DNA of 64,000 nucleotides from an uncultured virus (IMG/VR IMGVR_UViG_3300042453_004077) (taxonomy: Duplodnaviria > Heunggongvirae > Uroviricota > Caudoviricetes): IMG/VR virus record IMGVR_UViG_3300042453_004077; one strand, written 5' to 3'. Under the pieces are notes generated by a model. That model searched no databases, had not been told where the DNA came from, and worked only from the letters and a program-made list of their open reading frames with translations. The stretch's first letter is position 1; each line of letters begins with the position of its first letter. Shown here in pieces: positions 17,655 through 27,542 of this stretch. The position numbers and the translations under genes were made by a program.

Positions 17655-17904
17655 CTTTCCCATTGGACCGTGGTAAGCTGAGGCTTGCCCCAATCTTTTT
17701 CGTGAACAATCCTCCTCGCCCTCCAGGCGACTTGGTAAGGAAGTGGCTGGAATGCAGCGCGGGAGTTGGCCCATACGGCGTGTTTGGCAGTATTGCAGAC
17801 CGAGCAGCGGCTTGGGGATATTTGCAAGCAAAGAAAGAGCTTTTCGTCCAACGTTCCAAATCCTTCGCGCCTGACGAAACTGCCGGCCCTGACATCTTCT
17901 ACCA

Positions 17905-18129
17905 ATGAAAATCCTCGATTTGCTGCGTGGTCCAAAATTTCGCATCATTCAACGGCCAAGCGCCGTGTGTCCATGGCAGCCCCTCTATGAAGTGCAAGAG
18001 CGCATTTTTCCATTTGTCTGGGACGAGAGGGGTTGGTTTGGCACGTTTGACCAAGCACTGGATCGTTTGCATGAACTAGAAGATCATCCTGATCCCGTGC
18101 AAAGAAAAGTGGTTTACGAAAAGCACTGA
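17905..18129 (+). CDS. hypothetical phage protein
   Basis: 74-aa ATG ORF. Confidence 0.6.
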   Translation: MKILDLLRGPKFRIIQRPSAVCPWQPLYEVQERIFPFVWDERGWFGTFDQALDRLHELEDHPDPVQRKVVYEKH

Positions 18130-18134
18130 CTACC

Positions 18135-18737
18135 ATGAGCGCTTTTGTCACATCAGACCTGCACCTCGGCCATGCCAAGATGCTGGATTTCGTGCGTCCC
18201 GACGGAGAACCCCTTCGCCCTTTCTCCTCCATTGAAGAAATGCACGAAACGCTCATTGAGCGTTGGAACAAGAAAATCCACGAGAAGGATCGCATTTACA
18301 TTCTGGGCGACGTGGCAATTCCCAGAAGTGGCCTGCAGCTTCTCAATCGTTTCAATGGAAAGAAGATTCTCATCAAAGGGAATCATGACATTTACAAAAT
18401 TCAAGATTATCTTCCATATTTTGAAGACATTCGAGGAGCATTCTTTCGTGGCGGTGATAGCACCATGCCAGGAGGCCTAATCTTCACTCACATTCCAGTG
18501 CATCCAAGCAATTTGCAGGGGCACTACCTTGGCAATGTTCACGGCCATCTCCATTGTCATCTTGTATTGACAGACGATGGGGAAGTGGATAGGCGTTATT
18601 TCAATGCCTGCTTAGAAAGAAACGATTTTGAACCGGTAGCATTAGAAGACATTAAGGCTTATTTCAAGGCCAACCATGGACGAGCGTCGGACGTTCAACA
18701 CTCCAGTGCGCTCACGCTGGAACGCGCCCATTCATAA
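18135..18737 (+). CDS. calcineurin-like metallophosphoesterase
   Basis: SDLHLGH, LGDV, KGNHD, THIP, VHGHLH motifs. Confidence 0.92.
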   Translation: MSAFVTSDLHLGHAKMLDFVRPDGEPLRPFSSIEEMHETLIERWNKKIHEKDRIYILGDVAIPRSGLQLLNRFNGKKILIKGNHDIYKIQDYLPYFEDIRGAFFRGGDSTMPGGLIFTHIPVHPSNLQGHYLGNVHGHLHCHLVLTDDGEVDRRYFNACLERNDFEPVALEDIKAYFKANHGRASDVQHSSALTLERAHS

Positions 18738-19080
18738 TTGCCTGAAAGCTATTGACAATCACATGGAGCTTTATTTTCTCCATCGTGATCCTTGGCATCT
18801 AGAAAAAGCAGCAGCGCTCAGGGCATACTTGCACGAACTGAAAACCTACATTCACCACCAAGAAGAAAAGGCTCGCCGCAGCGAGCCCATGTAGTCTTCA
18901 GGCTACGCAAGTGGCATAGCCGATGATTGAAGCCAATTGCGCCTGACGAAGCCTTGCGGCTTTCAGAAGCTGTAGCTTCACAAGCATGAGCTTGTTCATG
19001 ACCGTTTCTCCATGGTCCCCATCCCCCGTTTCATGGATGGCTTGCATGCACCCTTTACAGGGCAAACGTATCTTTAGCTT

Positions 19081-19308
19081 ATCACGCCTCACGCTGGAAT
19101 CGAACCAGCTTTCATCACCAGAAGAGACAAGCGGCAGAATGTTTCCGCATCAGGAAACAAACAGGGTGCGGCCCTGACATTCTGCCAAGCGCCTTAAGTG
19201 CTTCAACTCACTTAAGACTGTGAACGGAATCCACGATGGGGTCAACATTGACGAGGATGTTGACAAGCCGTTGGCCAACGGGCTCCTGCAGGAAGCTTTG
19301 AAAGCTTA
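19081..19308 (-). ncRNA. candidate structured ncRNA ending in a T-arm
   Basis: Multiple perfect helices; on the minus strand GCTGG-TTCGATT-CCAGC near the 3' end. Confidence 0.5.
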
Positions 19309-19437
19309 GCAGAGAAAGGTCCAGTAGACGGCCGCTCCTTCTAGGAACAAACGCCTATTAACGAAACGTGCTTCATGGAAAGGCACCCTAATTTCATGCC
19401 TCCGACCATTGAGGCTGTAACAAAGGCAAACCATGGT

Positions 19438-19680
19438 TCACACTTCGTAGTCTTTGCAGCCTCTGCAGCCAGGACGTTCTTTGCAAACCTTGTCCCAATG
19501 ACCATCGCCCTCCTGCTGCTCCAAGAGCTCGTAGTAATCATCCATGAAGTGGTCGTAAGCGGCCTGCGCAAGGCGCGATTCTTGGCTTGACGCACCAAAG
19601 CTCCTCCTGGCTTCTTCCAGGGCTTGGGCGGCCTTCGTCGCCAAGAACAGAGCATCGTCTGCGGCGTAGGAGAGAACCAT
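19438..19680 (-). CDS. hypothetical phage protein
   Basis: 80-aa ATG ORF with a Cys-rich C-terminus. Confidence 0.6.
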   Translation of the reverse strand: MVLSYAADDALFLATKAAQALEEARRSFGASSQESRLAQAAYDHFMDDYYELLEQQEGDGHWDKVCKERPGCRGCKDYEV

Positions 19681-19931
19681 GGAGGAGGGGAAATTTCCCT
19701 CAGTCTATCCTTCTAAGTTTTTCATTGCTTTAAGCACTTTCTCCGCTTCTTGCAGTTTGGGCAATAGAGTTGGCCTGTAAGCATGTTCTGCAGCAAGGAG
19801 CTGAAGAGCCGTTTGCCTGTCGGCCTCCAATAGAGCCAAGAGAAAAGCTAGTTCCTTACTGGAAAATTCAACGCCAATCATTTTTCAGAGAAAGTGAAAG
19901 TTTCAGCAGTTGCTGAAAATTCTACTGGCAA

Positions 19932-21314
19932 TCATCGAACGAGACTATTCAACCAGTCAATATCGCTGTCTTTTGATGCCTCAAGAATGGCAGCAGCAAG
20001 AGCAAAGGCATAGTCATCCACTCCCACTTCTTTGCCGCCAGTGACTGCCCACTGCCCGCTGGCTCTATAAATGACGCTTAAGTTTTTGAGCTGAGTAATT
20101 GCTTTCGCATGAGGATATAGTTCAATGAGGCCTGCATTGAAAAGTTCTTTCATCTTGCTAAACGCCTTCATCTTCGTGCTCACTGACCATGCAAGCTCTG
20201 CAATGGGGAAGTCCTTTGATAGGTTTTGAATGATGAAGCTACTGTTGAATTGGTCAAGGACAATGCTCTGAAATTCATAAATGCGGTGGTGTTCTTTGAT
20301 CCACTCTTCCACTTTCGCCATGTTCACTTCCTTTTTCCCGCCAATTTCAAAGTCGGGCTCAAAGGCGTGAAACTTGTCTATGACTAGCCTCTCGCCTTCA
20401 TAATGAACAATGCAGGCCGTGTAATCGTCTCGGCCAACACCACCACGGGCAGGGTCTAGAGAAAGAACATAGGTGCCAGTGAATTCTTTCTCGGGGAACA
20501 ATATGCCTCGTTCCTTATTGATTGCTGCTTCAACGATTTCCGTGGCCAGCAAGGCAGAGTTGTTCTTGGCAAATTGAGCGCCATATTCCACCCAAAACTT
20601 GTCAGGATCGCGCTTGAGCTCGGCATCAAGGAATGCACATCCCCATGGCAAATTGACATTCACCTCCCAAGTTGGGAGATTCACTGCTTGCATGAAGGGG
20701 AATTCGCCAGACGTTGCTTCGCAGTAGTGCTGATAGAACAGGCCATCAGTGAGCCAAGGAGATGAAAGCTCAAGGATACGCCCGTGTTGTCCAAACTGAG
20801 CAATGGAGGGAGACAGGGCGTCGTAAATAGCCTTTGCACCACGGTTCGCGTCGCCTTCGATGGCAAAGGAAAGCTCGTCCATGATGAGCATGACAACGGC
20901 TTTACCACGAGAAGCACGAGCCGATGCAGGGATGGCCTGAAACACGCAATTGTTGCTTGTCTCAATCTCAGTGGCAGTCTCTCTCGTGATTTCATCAACG
21001 AGGGGGCTGTCCATTAGCAATTGACGAATGTTGTTCAGGGCAAGCTTTGCTTGACTCTGGTCGTTAGCAATGGTCAGAATGTACCATTTTTCAGTCTTCC
21101 TGACTCGCCTTCTGTATTGATCTTCCAGGACGAAGCAAGCATAGAGAGCCGCAACTGCAGCCATAAGCGTCTTGCCGCAGCGTCTTCCTAGCGCCCACAC
21201 TGCGTGTGTCTTGTTGCCGCCAAAATAGCCGTCAAGAATGCGCTTCTGCTCGGGCCATAAGTCGAGCTTCAAGACGTGCCTGGCAAAATCACTGCAGGTG
21301 AGAGATGCGCTCAT
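19932..21314 (-). CDS. terL: terminase large subunit
   Basis: Walker A LGRRCGKT, Walker B LIMDE, coupling motif LSSP, nuclease SLDPA...DDY...DDYAFA; start set at MSASLTC (ATG 21314). Confidence 0.92.
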   Translation of the reverse strand: MSASLTCSDFARHVLKLDLWPEQKRILDGYFGGNKTHAVWALGRRCGKTLMAAVAALYACFVLEDQYRRRVRKTEKWYILTIANDQSQAKLALNNIRQLLMDSPLVDEITRETATEIETSNNCVFQAIPASARASRGKAVVMLIMDELSFAIEGDANRGAKAIYDALSPSIAQFGQHGRILELSSPWLTDGLFYQHYCEATSGEFPFMQAVNLPTWEVNVNLPWGCAFLDAELKRDPDKFWVEYGAQFAKNNSALLATEIVEAAINKERGILFPEKEFTGTYVLSLDPARGGVGRDDYTACIVHYEGERLVIDKFHAFEPDFEIGGKKEVNMAKVEEWIKEHHRIYEFQSIVLDQFNSSFIIQNLSKDFPIAELAWSVSTKMKAFSKMKELFNAGLIELYPHAKAITQLKNLSVIYRASGQWAVTGGKEVGVDDYAFALAAAILEASKDSDIDWLNSLVR

Positions 21315-21796
21315 TGCAAAGTGGATATTGGACGCAGATTTTCTTTTGGCACGAAATAGGCGGGACGTCCTCTGGCAGGATCCGCCCAAAATCTCTCCTC
21401 CATCGCCTCTTCTCCATAGCACCAGCCATGGATGAAGGTCTTCTGGTTTTCAATGGTCACCAAGACAAACTTCTTTTGAGGGTCTTCGTTCTTCTGAACG
21501 ATGAGGTCGTAAGCGTGCTTTGAGCGCGTCTTCACGTCGATGCCTGGAAGGTCGTCGGACCCTCGCTTTGCTTCGCTCTCCTTGTAGAGCTCATGCTTCA
21601 AGCCTAAGTATGCCGCCACGGCCATTTCACCTGCAGCCCCAAGCAAATGCACCTCCAGGGCCTTGTCCCCAAAGCGTGGCCCTTTATTCCGTCCACGCAG
21701 CCCCTTGGCTTCGTTCACTGACTGTCGCCTTTGTCCTTCCTCCATCGCCTGCTTCCTTTCCTCTTCGGAGAAGACAAATTCAATGGGAGTGGGCAT
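21311..21796 (-). CDS. PD-(D/E)XK-like nuclease-fold protein
   Basis: GAAGEMAVA...DD...IDVKTR; start MPTPIEF. Confidence 0.6.
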   Translation of the reverse strand: MPTPIEFVFSEEERKQAMEEGQRRQSVNEAKGLRGRNKGPRFGDKALEVHLLGAAGEMAVAAYLGLKHELYKESEAKRGSDDLPGIDVKTRSKHAYDLIVQKNEDPQKKFVLVTIENQKTFIHGWCYGEEAMEERFWADPARGRPAYFVPKENLRPISTLQ

Positions 21797-21861
21797 AATC
21801 AAAATAACGTCGTCGTCATCATAGCCACGTTTAGAATAAAGACACGCCAATAGTGTGAACA

Positions 21862-23955
21862 ATGTCGGAAGAAGCGGTTGATCTTGGTCATGCCACTGCT
21901 GCGGGACTGCGCAACGACGGCCTCGCGAATGCTCTCACCGGCATGGGCATGCCCGGCAGAGACAAAAGCCTTCATACCCAAGCGCAGCCAATTGTATTTC
22001 TGGCACAAGAGGAGCTAGAGGCTCTGTACGGGGAATGGCTGCCTCGTCGCATTGTTGACATTTATGCAGAGCAAGCCACTCGCAAGGGCTTCAAAGTGCT
22101 GTTTGGCGGAGAAGGAGCCGCCGCAGAAGAAGTGGTAGGCATTGAGCAAGTCATTGAAGATTTGTACATCCTTGAAAACTTCATGCTTGCCTCCAAGAAT
22201 TCCAGGCTCTACGGCGGCGCCGTCATTCTTCTTTACATCGACGATGGTCGCCCCGCCGATCAGCCAGTGGACAAGAGTCGCATTTATGCCGTTGAAGGCA
22301 TGGAAGTGCTTGATCGCTGGCAAATTGCACCAGTAATTAGCGAGGAAAACATATACGACTACTCCAAGGCAACGTACTATCAAATTATCTCTGGCGATCT
22401 CATTCGGCAGCCGCAACTCACTTACATTCACAAAGATAGGATTTTGCGTTTTGACGGCGATTGGCTTCCCTATCGCATTAGACAAAGAAACTATGGGTGG
22501 GGAATGAGCAGTCTGCAGACTGTCTATGAGAGCTTTAAGCACTATTGGACAGGTTTGAACAGTGCTGCAACTTTGCTGAGCGAATTTGATATTTTTGTGC
22601 ATAAAATTCGCGGCTTGGCGCAGATGCTTGCAGCCGGCAAGGAGAAAGACGTAAGGGACCGTCTTGTTCTGAACGACATGAGCAAGAGTGTTTATCGCGG
22701 CTATGCAATTGACGCAGAAAAAGAAGAACTTGCTTTTATCAGTAGGAACTTTGGTGGAGTGGGTGAAATCTTGGAAAAGATGAGGGTGGACATTATTGGT
22801 GCTTCTAAGATTCCTCACACAGTGCTATTTGGCGAAAGCCCGAGTGGACTTGGTTCCACTGGCCGAAGCGAAGAGCGTGATTTCGCTAAGACGCTGGCAG
22901 ACTACCAACAATCCACTTTCCATCGCCCCCTGAAGAAGCTGATGACCTATATCATGCTCAGCAGGACTGGGCCGACGAATGGTCGCGTGCCTGAATCTTG
23001 GCGCATCAAATTCAACGATTTGTTCGAGCTGAACGAAAGGGAAAAGGCCGACGTGAGAGCTCGTGTGGCGGCCGTGGATGGTCGCTACATCCAACTGGGA
23101 GTACTGAGTCCCAAGGAAGTGGCTGACGCTCGCTATGGCGGGTCTGAGTGGTCAATGGAGCTCACTCTTGATCCATCAGTGGTGCGCGAGCTTCCCACTC
23201 AAGCAGGGGGTGGCTCTACTCAGGAAAGGGGTGGTTCCACTCAAGGGAGGGGTGGTTTAGCCGTGCCTCCTGGCGGCCGCGATCCGTTGGACGAAGAAAA
23301 CGGCACATTGCCCATGGATGGGAGTCGTGAAGTGGAAGACAGCGCAGAACTGTTCTTGCCTCGCGACTTGGAAAAGATTCGCGGCGATGTGCAGTTCAAG
23401 GACAAAGATTTACATCAACAGGCTATTGCTGCTGCCAAGTCAAAGTTCAAAGTGTGGCCTAGCGCCTATGCCAGTGCCTACATGGTTCAGCGGTACAAAG
23501 ATCTCTACAAGAAGAAGCATGGAAGCGGCAGCGGCTTCAAGGGAGACGATGGCGATGTGAGCTATGACGATCTCGACAAATGGTTCAAAGAAGAGTGGGT
23601 GAGAATTGGGGCCAATGGAGAAATCCTTGGTGAATGTGGGGGGCGCGAAGAGAAAGAGGGGAAGCCTAAGTGCTTGCCCAAGGCAAAAGCTGAGGCCATG
23701 AGCAAAGAGGAGCGGCAAACAATTGTTGCGCGCAAGCGTAAGGCCGACCCAAATCCAGAAAGAAAAGGCGCCGCGAAGATGGTCAGTAGCAAAGTGGATG
23801 CAATCGAGCCAGTGGCAGTGGATGGTCTAGTCCTTGGTGGCGTTGATGAAGCGGCTTTCATCAGCGAAGCCGACGTTGATGCAGCATTGCAACAATGGAA
23901 AGAAGAGGCTCCTGACCGCTTCAAGGACCTTCTGGAAGCCGACAATGCTGAATGA
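21862..23955 (+). CDS. portal protein (DUF1073/HI1409 type) with a long C-terminal extension
   Basis: RLYGGA, WGMSSL, IPHTVLFGESPSGLGSTG, W-x-I-x-F-x-x-L; first gene of the head module. Confidence 0.88.
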   Translation: MSEEAVDLGHATAAGLRNDGLANALTGMGMPGRDKSLHTQAQPIVFLAQEELEALYGEWLPRRIVDIYAEQATRKGFKVLFGGEGAAAEEVVGIEQVIEDLYILENFMLASKNSRLYGGAVILLYIDDGRPADQPVDKSRIYAVEGMEVLDRWQIAPVISEENIYDYSKATYYQIISGDLIRQPQLTYIHKDRILRFDGDWLPYRIRQRNYGWGMSSLQTVYESFKHYWTGLNSAATLLSEFDIFVHKIRGLAQMLAAGKEKDVRDRLVLNDMSKSVYRGYAIDAEKEELAFISRNFGGVGEILEKMRVDIIGASKIPHTVLFGESPSGLGSTGRSEERDFAKTLADYQQSTFHRPLKKLMTYIMLSRTGPTNGRVPESWRIKFNDLFELNEREKADVRARVAAVDGRYIQLGVLSPKEVADARYGGSEWSMELTLDPSVVRELPTQAGGGSTQERGGSTQGRGGLAVPPGGRDPLDEENGTLPMDGSREVEDSAELFLPRDLEKIRGDVQFKDKDLHQQAIAAAKSKFKVWPSAYASAYMVQRYKDLYKKKHGSGSGFKGDDGDVSYDDLDKWFKEEWVRIGANGEILGECGGREEKEGKPKCLPKAKAEAMSKEERQTIVARKRKADPNPERKGAAKMVSSKVDAIEPVAVDGLVLGGVDEAAFISEADVDAALQQWKEEAPDRFKDLLEADNAE

Positions 23956-24622
23956 TCTTGCCGCATTTACGGAAGCGGTTCTCTCCTCTCGCATGGACGC
24001 CGAATGGTCCTATGACCAGAAAAGCGGCCGGTTTCGAGATGAAAAAGGACGATTTTTGAGCAAAGAGGCCGTTGAAAAGCTTGTTGACAAGCGAATTGAT
24101 AAAGTGGAGGCGAGCCTACGGCGCTACACGCGCATGCTGATTGATGGGGCCATCACGCTTGACCAATGGCAAGGGAGTGTCCGCGAATCGCTTAAGGCTG
24201 CTCATATTCAGGCAGCAATTATTGGCCATGGTGGTCGAGCCGGCATGGGCAGTGCGGAATATGGCCGCATCGGCCAGCGCCTTCGCGAGGAATACGCTTA
24301 TCTCCAGCGTTTTACCTCCGATTTGCTTGGCAATCGCCTTTCTGCTCCCATGGCTCTGGCTCGCATTGGCCTATACGCTCAAAGCGTTCGTGGCTCTTAC
24401 TGGCAAGGAGCCGAACTTCGACAGCAACAGCAAGGATACAGTCTCATGCGACGCATATTGGACAGTCAAGCCCAACACTGCCAAGACTGCCTCAGATATG
24501 CCGCTCAAGGAATAGTGTCGTTGGGCACGCTTCCTTTGCCTGGCCAGCGCTGCGAGTGTGGCGCTCGATGCCGCTGCACAGTTCGCTATTTCAGGCAACA
24601 GCCAGCAACGGTGCCAGTCTGA
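23945..24622 (+). CDS. head morphogenesis protein (Mu gpF-like minor head protein)
   Basis: C-terminal HCQDC...PGQRCECGARCRCT; follows the portal. Confidence 0.75.
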   Translation: MLNDLAAFTEAVLSSRMDAEWSYDQKSGRFRDEKGRFLSKEAVEKLVDKRIDKVEASLRRYTRMLIDGAITLDQWQGSVRESLKAAHIQAAIIGHGGRAGMGSAEYGRIGQRLREEYAYLQRFTSDLLGNRLSAPMALARIGLYAQSVRGSYWQGAELRQQQQGYSLMRRILDSQAQHCQDCLRYAAQGIVSLGTLPLPGQRCECGARCRCTVRYFRQQPATVPV

Positions 24623-24659
24623 TTTCAGCCATTAGGATTTTGCGAGCTTCTTGGTTTTC

Positions 24660-26555
24660 GTGGCAACAATCCTTTACTGTGGCGACGCTGGCTGCCAGAC
24701 TGGTTTCGGACGGGTGGCAGAATACCTTCTGCCCGCACTGGCCGAAAAACATGATGTGCATGTGCTGGCAGTGAATTGGCATGGCGATCCAGATCCGCTG
24801 CAGCAACATTGCAAAATGTATCCGGCCATGGCTCATGGCTCCGATCCTTTTGGCTCTCATCGCATTGGAGACCTGCTGCAAACCATTCGCCCTGATTTGG
24901 TGTGGGTGACTAACGATATTTGGTGCGCCATCAATCTGTGGGAAGCTGCCAAGCCCCTGCAAGAGGCTCTCGGCTTTAAGTGGTTCGTCTACACGCCGAT
25001 CGACAGCTACGGACTCTTCCCGGAACTGCTGCCTGCCTTAGAGGCTTGGGACGGACTCGCCACTTACACGCAGTTCGGCGCTCAAGAGATTCGCAAGATG
25101 GGATACAAGGAGAGGATTGATATTATCGGTCACGGCACAGACTTCGCTAAATTCTTCCCCATTGACAAAGAGCAGTGTCGGAACGAGCTCGGAGTGCCAA
25201 ATGACGTGTTCATTGTCTTCAATGGCAACAGGAATCAGCCGCGCAAGCGCATTGATCTCACGATCAAAGGATTTATCAAGTTTGCAAAAGACAAGCCCGA
25301 TGCAAGACTGTGGCTCAACATGGGCAGAAAGGATATGGGATGGGACTTGGTGCCACTTTTCAAGCGCGTGGCGCGAGACGAGGGATACGATGCCACTGGC
25401 AAGCTCATTCTGACCAGTCCACACTTCTCCACCCACAATTGCCTTCCCATTGAGCAACTGAACAAGGTGTACAACGCCGTTGATGTGGGCGTAAATACTT
25501 GCTTGGGCGAGGGCTGGGGACTCGTCAACACAGAACACGCCGCCACTGGCGTGGCGCAAATCGTGCCAGACCATACGAGCTTGAAAGAGATTTTCGATGG
25601 GGTGAGACGAATTGACGTTGAGAGCTGGGAGACCGATAGGAACTACGGCCTTGAGCGAGGGCAGCCATCTCCTGATGACTTGGCTTCCATCCTTGATCAC
25701 TACTACCACCATCGCGAAGAGCTGCAAATGGCTGGCGAGTGGTGCTACGAACGCATTCGCGAAAAAGCCTTCACCTGGCCGGAGGTGCAACGGCAGATGC
25801 TAGAAGTGGTAAAGCATTTGCTTGTCCAGGAAAAGACGACAGGAGCGAGGGGTTTCGGAAAAAAGCTTGAGGGCCGGGGAGTTTCCCACTTCCCCGGCCG
25901 CTCCAGTTCAGTCATTGATTTCGGAAACTCTCCTTTCGTGTTCTGCATGAGCATTCCCGGAGACGAGCGTCGCCCAGCTTTCGAGCGTCAGTTGCAATCA
26001 GTGAAGCAACAATTCAATTGGTGGCCAGCAATTGACGCCAGAACGGCAAGTCGCGATGAAATTGAGAGTCAGAGTCCATCTCCCGTTGAGTGGGGTATCA
26101 ATGGTGATAAAGATGGCTTGAGCCGTCCTGGCGAGCTTGCGCTTATTCTTTCTTCCATTGAACTCTGGAAGCACGCGCTTGCATTGGATCTCAACTATTT
26201 GGTAGTACTAGAGGATGACACAAAGTTGTCCCGGCAGTTATTGCTTGAGGTGCCAGATGATGCCGATTTGGTATTCTTTAACGACCGCAGCATGAGCAAT
26301 AAAAAGGGGCAAACGTGGGGCTATGTCTGCGGCACCGATGGTTACTTGGCCACTAGAAATGGCATTAAAAAGCTCATTGATTTGTTCTCTGAGATCTACC
26401 TGCCTCTTGACCTTCAAATGATTGCCAACATGCAAAGCATGCAAGAATGCCGTCATCATTTGTTCCAATACCGCAGGGAACACTTGCCATTGTTAACAGG
26501 CTATACGTTGCCACCACTTGTTTTCCACGGCCAATCCTCCTCTCGCATTCGTTAA
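24660..26555 (+). CDS. glycosyltransferase fusion (GT4 plus GT25-like)
   Basis: TGFGRV, NRNQPRKR, GEGWGL..TEH (GT-B/GT4); C-terminal RR..F..Q, AIDA, GELALILS, VVLEDD, GTDGY (GT25-like). Confidence 0.85.
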   Translation: MATILYCGDAGCQTGFGRVAEYLLPALAEKHDVHVLAVNWHGDPDPLQQHCKMYPAMAHGSDPFGSHRIGDLLQTIRPDLVWVTNDIWCAINLWEAAKPLQEALGFKWFVYTPIDSYGLFPELLPALEAWDGLATYTQFGAQEIRKMGYKERIDIIGHGTDFAKFFPIDKEQCRNELGVPNDVFIVFNGNRNQPRKRIDLTIKGFIKFAKDKPDARLWLNMGRKDMGWDLVPLFKRVARDEGYDATGKLILTSPHFSTHNCLPIEQLNKVYNAVDVGVNTCLGEGWGLVNTEHAATGVAQIVPDHTSLKEIFDGVRRIDVESWETDRNYGLERGQPSPDDLASILDHYYHHREELQMAGEWCYERIREKAFTWPEVQRQMLEVVKHLLVQEKTTGARGFGKKLEGRGVSHFPGRSSSVIDFGNSPFVFCMSIPGDERRPAFERQLQSVKQQFNWWPAIDARTASRDEIESQSPSPVEWGINGDKDGLSRPGELALILSSIELWKHALALDLNYLVVLEDDTKLSRQLLLEVPDDADLVFFNDRSMSNKKGQTWGYVCGTDGYLATRNGIKKLIDLFSEIYLPLDLQMIANMQSMQECRHHLFQYRREHLPLLTGYTLPPLVFHGQSSSRIR

Positions 26556-26570
26556 TCGCCATCTTTAGCC

Positions 26571-27509
26571 ATGAACACACGACTCAAGAACGTTCAAATT
26601 CAAACCCAGGGCGCTTGCAACGCAAATTGCGTATTTTGTCCGTGGATAGAAAGCTGGCATCACTCCAACTATGGCGTGATGAGCAGAGAATTGTTTTCTC
26701 GCATTCTCGACATGCTTCTCCCATGGAAAGACAACATTGAAAACGGAGGCAAAATCTGTCCCTATTTGATGCAGGAGCCGTTCGTAGACAAACGCATTTT
26801 TGAGCTGTGCGAAGAAATTCAAGAAAAATTTCCTGGTGCATTGCTAGAGCTTTCCACTAATGGCGCATTGCTGTCAAAGGATAAAACCGAGCGACTCATT
26901 CCATTGTTAGAAGGTCGTCCTCATGAAATATGGGTGAGTCATCATGGCATTGATAAGGCGTCTCACGAAGAAATCATGAAAATCAATCACGAGCGTTCTA
27001 CTTCAAATTTGATCCATTTGATCAAGCAGGCAAGGGGACGGCTCAACATTCGCGTAAGAGGAAGTGGCTCTTCTCGCACTGGCATTGGACGCCATTGGTT
27101 CTCTCGACAGGAATACTTTGAATACTGGCATCAGCTCTCTAAGCAGCATGCCTTTGACTTGGCATGGATTGATTTAGACTATTTCACTTACCATGACCGA
27201 GCTGGTACCATCCAAAGAACCGAACGCAATGCCGGAGAAAATAACTTCGGCAAAGTACGCGACATTGGACCAGGAGCACCTTTTCATTGCAGTCGTCTTG
27301 ATGAATGGCTTCATGTGATGTGGAATGGCGACATTCGACTGTGCTGCATGGACTACCACGCAGAGGTGAAGCTTCCTAGCTTGGTTGATATGACAATTGA
27401 AGAATATTATCAGGGCTTGGCTTTTAACGAAATCGCAGGACAAGTGACTGGAGCCATTGAAAGTCCAGAAAATTTTATTTGCAAGAGATGCACTAGTCCT
27501 GGTGGCTAG
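26571..27509 (+). CDS. radical SAM/SPASM domain protein
   Basis: CNANCVFC, QEPF, STNG; C-terminal C...WNGDIRLCCMD...CKRC. Confidence 0.9.
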   Translation: MNTRLKNVQIQTQGACNANCVFCPWIESWHHSNYGVMSRELFSRILDMLLPWKDNIENGGKICPYLMQEPFVDKRIFELCEEIQEKFPGALLELSTNGALLSKDKTERLIPLLEGRPHEIWVSHHGIDKASHEEIMKINHERSTSNLIHLIKQARGRLNIRVRGSGSSRTGIGRHWFSRQEYFEYWHQLSKQHAFDLAWIDLDYFTYHDRAGTIQRTERNAGENNFGKVRDIGPGAPFHCSRLDEWLHVMWNGDIRLCCMDYHAEVKLPSLVDMTIEEYYQGLAFNEIAGQVTGAIESPENFICKRCTSPGG

Positions 27510-27542
27510 TATGGTACAAACATCTATAGACAGACGAGTTCA

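Noticed and set aside
16959..17908. ORFs 16959..17501 and 17585..17908 as genes
   Set aside because: They overlap nrdB or the tRNA-like structures and have no protein-like motifs; a short real gene near the 3' end of the second cannot be excluded.
21862..23200. Anti-CBASS Acb1 annotation for the DUF1073 protein
   Set aside because: Position and motifs identify it as the portal; no 2H-phosphoesterase HxT motifs were seen.
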